In this document: one piece after another, positions 8,316-12,888 of the stretch
How the letters are laid out: the number at the start of each line of letters is the position of its first letter
How positions within the stretch are numbered: position 1 is the first letter of the stretch
Assembly: GCA_041640455.1 (NCBI GenBank)
Contig: JBEQAF010000062.1
Coordinates: 1-12,888, forward strand
Source of the DNA: a bacterium
Lineage (GTDB): Bacteria > CALINM01
Direction of reading: 5' to 3'
Length of the DNA stretch: 12,888 nucleotides
The notes under the pieces: model-generated
Told to the model about the DNA's origin: nothing
The model's database searches: none
Seen by the model: only the letters and a program-made list of their open reading frames with translations
Program-made: the position numbers and the translations under genes

Positions 8316-9972
8316 TTAGCTCACCTTTTTTATATTTATAGGCATGCTCAATAAAGGAAACAAAAAGCGGGTGAGGCTCATAGGGTCTTGACTGAAATTC
8401 AGGATGAAACTGACAGCCCAGAAACCAGGGATGATTGGTATATTCCGATATCTCTGCAAGTGTTCCATCTGGTGACTCACCACTTATTTTTAGACCTTTG
8501 CTTTCCAATATCTCTCTGTAATTATTATTAAACTCATATCTATGCCTGTGCCTTTCAAAAATCTCCTTTTTTCCATATATCCTGCTGGCAAGGGTATTCT
8601 CCTTAATTACACAGGGGTAAGCACCAAGCCTCATAGTACCACCAAGATTACTTGCCTCATTGCGGTTTATTATCTCACCTCTTCGATAGTCATACCATTC
8701 TTTCATCAGATAGATTACGGGATCCTTTGTATCAGGCTTAAACTCTGTACTATATGCGTCCTTCAATCCGCAAACATTCCTTGCAAATTCGATAACTAAT
8801 AGTTGCATACCAAGACATATGCCGAAATAGGGTATCTTATTTTCTCTCGCATATTTTATAGCCTCAATCTTACCTTCAATCCCTCTACTCCCAAAGCCTC
8901 CTGGCACAAGAATGGCATCTACATTTTTTAAATAATCCTTTATACCTTCTTTCTCGATATCCTCGGAGTCTATAAACTTCAGGTAAACCTTTAGCTTATT
9001 TGCTATTCCACCGTGCAGAAGGGCTTCGTTTAAGCTCTTATAAGAATCTTTGAGGCTCACATATTTTCCTACTACAGCAATGGTAACCTCATCTGCTGGA
9101 TTATAGAGCACATTGCACAGCTCTTCCCATTTCGAAAGGTCTGGCGCCTTAGTCCACATGTTAAGCATGGAGACTATTTTCTCATCAAGCCCTTCTTTGT
9201 GAAAATATAAAGGTACTTCATAAATGGACTTTACATCTTTTGCAGTAATGACTGCATCCTCCGAAACATTACAGAATAATGCTATTTTAGATTTTAGATC
9301 CTGAGACAGCTCTCTATCACTTCTACAGAGAATTATATCTGGTCTGATACCTATGGACTGAAGCTCTTTTACGCTATGCTGGGTGGGCTTGGTTTTTAGC
9401 TCACCTGCACTTTCTATAAAAGGTACCAGGGTGAGATGCACATAGAGGGTATTTTCTTTGCCATGATCAAATCTGAACTGTCTGATAGCCTCAAGAAATG
9501 GCAGACTCTCTATATCACCCACTGTTCCACCCACTTCGACTATAAGAATATCATTATCTTTAGCAGCTCTGAGGATAAAACATTTTATCTCGTCAGTAAT
9601 ATGGGGGATAACCTGAACGGTCTTTCCAAGATATTCGCCTTTTCTCTCCTTCTGTAAAACCGAATCATATATCTGACCTGTAGTAAAATTATTTGTTTTT
9701 GTCATTCTTGCTGTAGTAAATCTCTCATAATGTCCAAGATCTAGATCTGTTTCTGCGCCGTCTTCAGTGACGAACACCTCTCCATGCTGAAGCGGATTCA
9801 TTGTGCCGGGATCAAGGTTGATATATGGATCAAGCTTTTGAAGAGATACTTTAAGCCCTCTAGTTTCCAGCAATGCGCCTATTGATGCAGACGCAATACC
9901 CTTACCCAGTGATGATACAACGCCGCCAGTTACAAAAATAAACTTTGTCCTTAATCTTTTATTGTTCAACAT
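8308..9972 (-). CDS. pyrG: CTP synthase
   Basis: [57 protein letters not shown]. Confidence 0.99.
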   Translation of the reverse strand: MLNNKRLRTKFIFVTGGVVSSLGKGIASASIGALLETRGLKVSLQKLDPYINLDPGTMNPLQHGEVFVTEDGAETDLDLGHYERFTTARMTKTNNFTTGQIYDSVLQKERKGEYLGKTVQVIPHITDEIKCFILRAAKDNDILIVEVGGTVGDIESLPFLEAIRQFRFDHGKENTLYVHLTLVPFIESAGELKTKPTQHSVKELQSIGIRPDIILCRSDRELSQDLKSKIALFCNVSEDAVITAKDVKSIYEVPLYFHKEGLDEKIVSMLNMWTKAPDLSKWEELCNVLYNPADEVTIAVVGKYVSLKDSYKSLNEALLHGGIANKLKVYLKFIDSEDIEKEGIKDYLKNVDAILVPGGFGSRGIEGKIEAIKYARENKIPYFGICLGMQLLVIEFARNVCGLKDAYSTEFKPDTKDPVIYLMKEWYDYRRGEIINRNEASNLGGTMRLGAYPCVIKENTLASRIYGKKEIFERHRHRYEFNNNYREILESKGLKISGESPDGTLAEISEYTNHPWFLGCQFHPEFQSRPYEPHPLFVSFIEHAYKYKKGELNG

Positions 9973-9975
9973 AAT

Positions 9976-10749
9976 CTATCCTTTTAAAATTTTTCTTGCT
10001 CTTTCAAGATCATCCGGTGTATCTATTCCAAAACCATTGTAATTCACCGTAGGGACAAGTATTTTATACCCTCTTTCAATAGCTCTTAACTGTTCCAGCT
10101 TCTCTATAGCTTCCAGTCTCCCCTCTTTCATCTTTGTAAATTTTATCAAAAAATCCCATCTATAGCCATAAATACCAATATGCTTGTAGGATTTTGAAAG
10201 AATCTCTGCTTCTTTTGAGTGGTCAATCCTGCTGTATCTCTTATATATTTCAAACTCATCTCTGAAGTAGGGGATAGGTGCCCTCGAAAAGTAAATGGCA
10301 AAATCATCATCATCACAGATGACCTTAACCACAGCGGGATTGAAAAATTCTTTTACAGATGTCAGGTGGGTTTTAGCTGAGGCAAAATATAGTTTGTCAT
10401 TTTTAATCATGGGCTTTGCTACCGCTTCTATAACTTCCGCAGTAATAAAGGGCTCATCACCCTGAACATTTATAATAATATCTCCATCAATCTTTTTAGC
10501 TACCTCAGCTACCCTGTCTGTCCCTGACGGATGACTTGGAGATGTAAGCTCCACATTGCCTCCAAAAGACGAAACAGCACTGGCTATCTTTTCACTATCA
10601 GTTGCTACAATGACCTTACTCACAAGCTTTGATCTGCCTGCATTTTCATAAACCCACTGAATGAGCGGTTTATTTCCGATTAAAGCCAGAGGTTTCTCGG
10701 GCAGTCTTGTTGAAGCCAGTCTCGCAGGTATGATAACAACTATCTTCAT
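9976..10749 (-). CDS. kdsB: 3-deoxy-manno-octulosonate cytidylyltransferase (CMP-KDO synthetase)
   Basis: IPARLASTRLPEKPL, SGTDR, NVQGDEP, YFSRAPIP, HIGIYGYR, EKLEQLR, IDTPDDL. Confidence 0.98.
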   Translation of the reverse strand: MKIVVIIPARLASTRLPEKPLALIGNKPLIQWVYENAGRSKLVSKVIVATDSEKIASAVSSFGGNVELTSPSHPSGTDRVAEVAKKIDGDIIINVQGDEPFITAEVIEAVAKPMIKNDKLYFASAKTHLTSVKEFFNPAVVKVICDDDDFAIYFSRAPIPYFRDEFEIYKRYSRIDHSKEAEILSKSYKHIGIYGYRWDFLIKFTKMKEGRLEAIEKLEQLRAIERGYKILVPTVNYNGFGIDTPDDLERARKILKG

Positions 10750-10754
10750 GGTCT

Positions 10755-11258
10755 TTAATGAAATGTGTCTACGCTCTCCTGAATTTTTTTGCCATTGTTA
10801 TTGTTCTGACTACTATCTTTTTTGTCCTTATATCTCCATTTAAAATCAAAAACAAAGTTTCTCCCAAACTTGTATAACACAGCTTTACCTTCCACGTTGA
10901 TCTTATTTTGTATCTCCTGAATCTTTCCTCTCAACACAATGGTTATAAACTTTGCGACAATAGACTCATCGGCAGATACCACAACGGGAATCTGTCCCTT
11001 TGAACGGGCTTTTATATTTTCATCACCTTCCCAGAAACCTTCACTGAAAAGGCTTTTATCATAATACATCTTATACTCAATAGCCTTTACGCCTATATCA
11101 AAAGAGTTTGGATTATAGACGTCCAGAATAACCTTTAGCCTTATCTTCCCTTCAGAAATGCCGTCAATCCTAATATCGTGGATATCAATCTTAGGTTCAT
11201 CCACAAGACAGCCAGTAAGCCCCAGTAAAAGAAAGATTAATAAAAAAACCCTTTTCAT
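10755..11258 (-). CDS. LEA_2/WHy-domain lipoprotein
   Basis: Lipoprotein signal MKRVFLLIFLLLGLTG|C; L.VYNPNSFDI.V..IEY motif typical of LEA_2/WHy; 5-nt gap to kdsB. Confidence 0.8.
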   Translation of the reverse strand: MKRVFLLIFLLLGLTGCLVDEPKIDIHDIRIDGISEGKIRLKVILDVYNPNSFDIGVKAIEYKMYYDKSLFSEGFWEGDENIKARSKGQIPVVVSADESIVAKFITIVLRGKIQEIQNKINVEGKAVLYKFGRNFVFDFKWRYKDKKDSSQNNNNGKKIQESVDTFH

Positions 11259-11269
11259 AAAACATATAA

Positions 11270-11298
11270 AGATTATGGCAAAAACCGCCTCAAGTCAA
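11270..11298 (-). promoter_or_regulatory. Putative sigma70 promoter of the LEA_2-kdsB-pyrG-kdsADC-thiL operon
   Basis: Minus strand TTGACT (11298-11293), 17 nt, TAATCT (11275-11270); overlapping extended -10 alternative TGcCATAAT (11280-11272). Confidence 0.55.
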
Positions 11299-11313
11299 GT
11301 CAAAGTTAAGGTT

Positions 11314-11366
11314 TGTGGTTACAATTTTAAAATGTCACATGATTTTACTAAAATAAAGTGTCACAT
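11314..11366 (+). repeat. IS left end: two tandem 26-bp-period transposase-binding repeats
   Basis: TGTGGTTACAATTTTAAAATGTCACAT then GATTTTACTAAAATAAAGTGTCACAT. Confidence 0.85.
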
Positions 11367-11374
11367 GTGGTATT

Positions 11375-11411
11375 CTTCTACTTTTAGATACATTGCATCT
11401 AAAGGTAGGAG
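11375..11411 (+). promoter_or_regulatory. RNA hairpin sequestering the transposase Shine-Dalgarno sequence
   Basis: CTTCTACTTTTAGAT (11375-11389) pairs with ATCTAAAGGTAGGAG (11397-11411): 15 bp with two G-U pairs, 7-nt loop; AGGAGG SD at 11407-11412. Confidence 0.75.
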
Positions 11412-11417
11412 GTATAT

Positions 11418-12722
11418 ATGGAAAAGAAATACATTATTACGGAGGAAATCTTGAAAAGGTATGAATTAATGAATCAAGTATTAGAAGGTTTTATTACTCT
11501 CAGGCAAGCTCAGGAGACATTAGGATTAAGCTACAGACAAGCTTTAAGGATCAAGAAGAGGTTTATTACTTATGGTTTTGAGGGGCTCTTGAGAAAAAGA
11601 CCTGAGATACCTCAGGCTTTAAAAATTAGCAGCTCTGTTAAAGAAGAGATCATTAAATTAAGAAGGTCTATTTACTGGGATTTTAACATACTGCATTTTA
11701 AAGAAAAACTTAAAGAGGATCATGGAATAGACCTAAGCTATGAGAGTGTAAGGAAGATTCTATTAGAAGGAGGGTTATATGAACCGAGGAGAAAAAAGAA
11801 GTTTCATCGAAGAAGAATGAGGATGCCAAAAGCTGGGATTCTGGTACAGATGGATTCATCCCAGCATAGGTGGATTGATAGTATTCAAGAGCCCTGGTGG
11901 CTTGTAGCGATGACAGATGATGCAGATGGTTTTGTTTATGCAGAGTTTCATTCCTCTGAGACCGTACGGGCAAATATGGAAGTAATAAGGGCATATATAG
12001 AGAAGCGAGGGCTTTTCATGGCTTTATACACTGATAAAGCCTCTCATTTCAGGACAACAAGACATGGAGGACTTCACTATGAGGTAGAAGTTGAGCAAAA
12101 AGAAACCCAGATTGAAAGAGCATTAAAGGAATTGGGAATTAAACTAATAAACGCAAATTCTCCTCAAGCAAAAGGGAAGATAGAGCGTAAGTTTAGATTT
12201 TTCCAGGACAGACTTATCAAAGAGATGAGGTTAAGAGGTATAAAGGACTACGATGAGGCAAACAGATTTCTTAAGGAAGAATTCCTTCCATGGTGTAATA
12301 ACAGATATAGCTGCTGTGTAGAAAGTATCTATATGCCAGTGCCATCTACAAAGGATCTTGATCTTGTGTTTAGTATAAAGCATCCAAGAAAGGTAAACAA
12401 AGACAACACAGTAAGATACAACGGAGGGATTTATCAGATACTTCCTATAAATGGGATTAAAAGTCTTGCCAATGAGTGGGTAGAGATGTGTGAAATAAGG
12501 GACGGAAGATTAGACATACTCTGGAAAGGAAAAAGAGTTAGTTACTCGAAAATAAATGGATTAGAAGATAAAACAAGACTAAAAGAGAAAGAACAGATTT
12601 TAAATCTGAGGACTAATACAGTGGAGCTCAAAGAAAGTAAAAAATCCACACCACCAGCTAATCACCCATGGAGAAAAAGCTGGAAAAAGAATGTGACATT
12701 TTCTCATAGTAATAAAATGTGA
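11418..12722 (+). CDS. DDE transposase, IS1202/ISNCY family
   Basis: 434 aa; N-terminal HTH (ITLRQAQETLGLSYRQALRIKKRF); catalytic QMDSS, LYTDKAS, PQAKGKIER..RFFQDRL; RKVNKDNTVRY; C-terminal PPANHPWRK. Stop lies inside the right-end repeats. Confidence 0.95.
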   Translation: MEKKYIITEEILKRYELMNQVLEGFITLRQAQETLGLSYRQALRIKKRFITYGFEGLLRKRPEIPQALKISSSVKEEIIKLRRSIYWDFNILHFKEKLKEDHGIDLSYESVRKILLEGGLYEPRRKKKFHRRRMRMPKAGILVQMDSSQHRWIDSIQEPWWLVAMTDDADGFVYAEFHSSETVRANMEVIRAYIEKRGLFMALYTDKASHFRTTRHGGLHYEVEVEQKETQIERALKELGIKLINANSPQAKGKIERKFRFFQDRLIKEMRLRGIKDYDEANRFLKEEFLPWCNNRYSCCVESIYMPVPSTKDLDLVFSIKHPRKVNKDNTVRYNGGIYQILPINGIKSLANEWVEMCEIRDGRLDILWKGKRVSYSKINGLEDKTRLKEKEQILNLRTNTVELKESKKSTPPANHPWRKSWKKNVTFSHSNKM

Positions 12723-12741
12723 CTTGACTGTAGTAATAACA
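12691..12741 (-). repeat. IS right end: two tandem repeats inverted relative to the left end
   Basis: Reverse complement reads TGTTATTACTACAGTCAAGTCACAT then TTTATTACTATGAGAAAATGTCACAT. Confidence 0.85.
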
Positions 12742-12742
12742 T

Positions 12743-12888
12743 CAAATAATTTTGTGTGTACCAGATAGGTATGGACATATTAGCCAGTTTTTTTATTTTA
12801 TTGAAATAAAAGGATTTGAAGGGAAGGATGCAAAAGAAACTATAAGCAGGAAAGAGGCTTTCCACAGAATACTTGATATAATGAAGAG
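12743..12888 (+). pseudogene. Possible 5'-truncated coding fragment abutting the IS right end (runs off the window)
   Basis: Open frame QIILCVPDRYGHISQFFYFIEIKGFEGKDAKETISRKEAFHRILDIMK with no SD/ATG start; purine-rich, protein-like composition. Confidence 0.35.

Larger units (their letters stand above)
11314..12741 (+). mobile_element. Insertion sequence, IS1202-family/ISNCY type (IS481-related DDE), 1428 bp, apparently intact
   Basis: Begins TGT (11314), ends ACA (12741); each end carries two tandem TTAC(T/A)A...GTCACAT units in inverted orientation; single transposase ORF. Confidence 0.88.

Noticed and set aside
10190..10262. Extra charged segment in KdsB (EFEIYKRYSRIDHSKEAEILSK)
   Set aside because: Falls in the loop between the IPY.R and HIGIY motifs, which is length-variable in KdsB proteins; no intein or domain signature.
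11256..11283. dif/XerCD-like site near the IS left end (TTATGGCAAAA resembles a XerD arm)
   Set aside because: CATA-TATG spacing is 7 rather than 8 nt, the XerC arm is poor, it is 30 bp from the IS end, and it is better explained as the promoter -10 region.
11314..11392. 26-bp periodic repeats as a mini CRISPR array
   Set aside because: No spacers, no cas genes, and mirrored at the other IS end; they are transposon end repeats.
1873..11994. Other short ORFs (1873-2109, 3730-3963, 5290-5487, 6554-6823, 6890-7120, 8542-8799, 9436-9657, 10661-10843, 11158-11454, 11710-11994)
   Set aside because: All lie antisense to or overlap well-supported genes or the IS end and lack motifs or convincing starts.
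11300..12746. TCAAA as a 5-bp target-site duplication (11300-11304 and 12742-12746)
   Set aside because: The left copy is 9 bp away from the TGT terminus; accepting it would break the terminal repeat symmetry.

Overview
AT-rich bacterial chromosomal segment from a Gram-negative (LPS-producing) organism; gene order and protein style suggest a deltaproteobacterial/Nitrospirota-like lineage (inference). Left accessory zone: 5' part of an AAA-ATPase-like gene on the minus strand (1-777, missed by the ORF track), a probable IS3-family left-end relic, and a secreted DUF4384 protein between apparent decayed gene fragments. Middle: a plus-strand operon (FmdB-type zinc ribbon, small membrane protein, DUF2723/TMEM260-like GT-C glycosyltransferase with TPR-like tail) converging on a minus-strand housekeeping operon (LEA_2 lipoprotein-kdsB-pyrG-kdsA-kdsD-kdsC-thiL). 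Right: an apparently complete 1428-bp IS1202/ISNCY-type insertion sequence (11314-12741) with tandem terminal repeats, an SD-sequestering hairpin, an outward -35 box, no target-site duplication, and a headless reading frame abutting its right end. I see no clearly new multi-gene system; the most interesting leads are the IS end/target architecture and the TMEM260-like operon.
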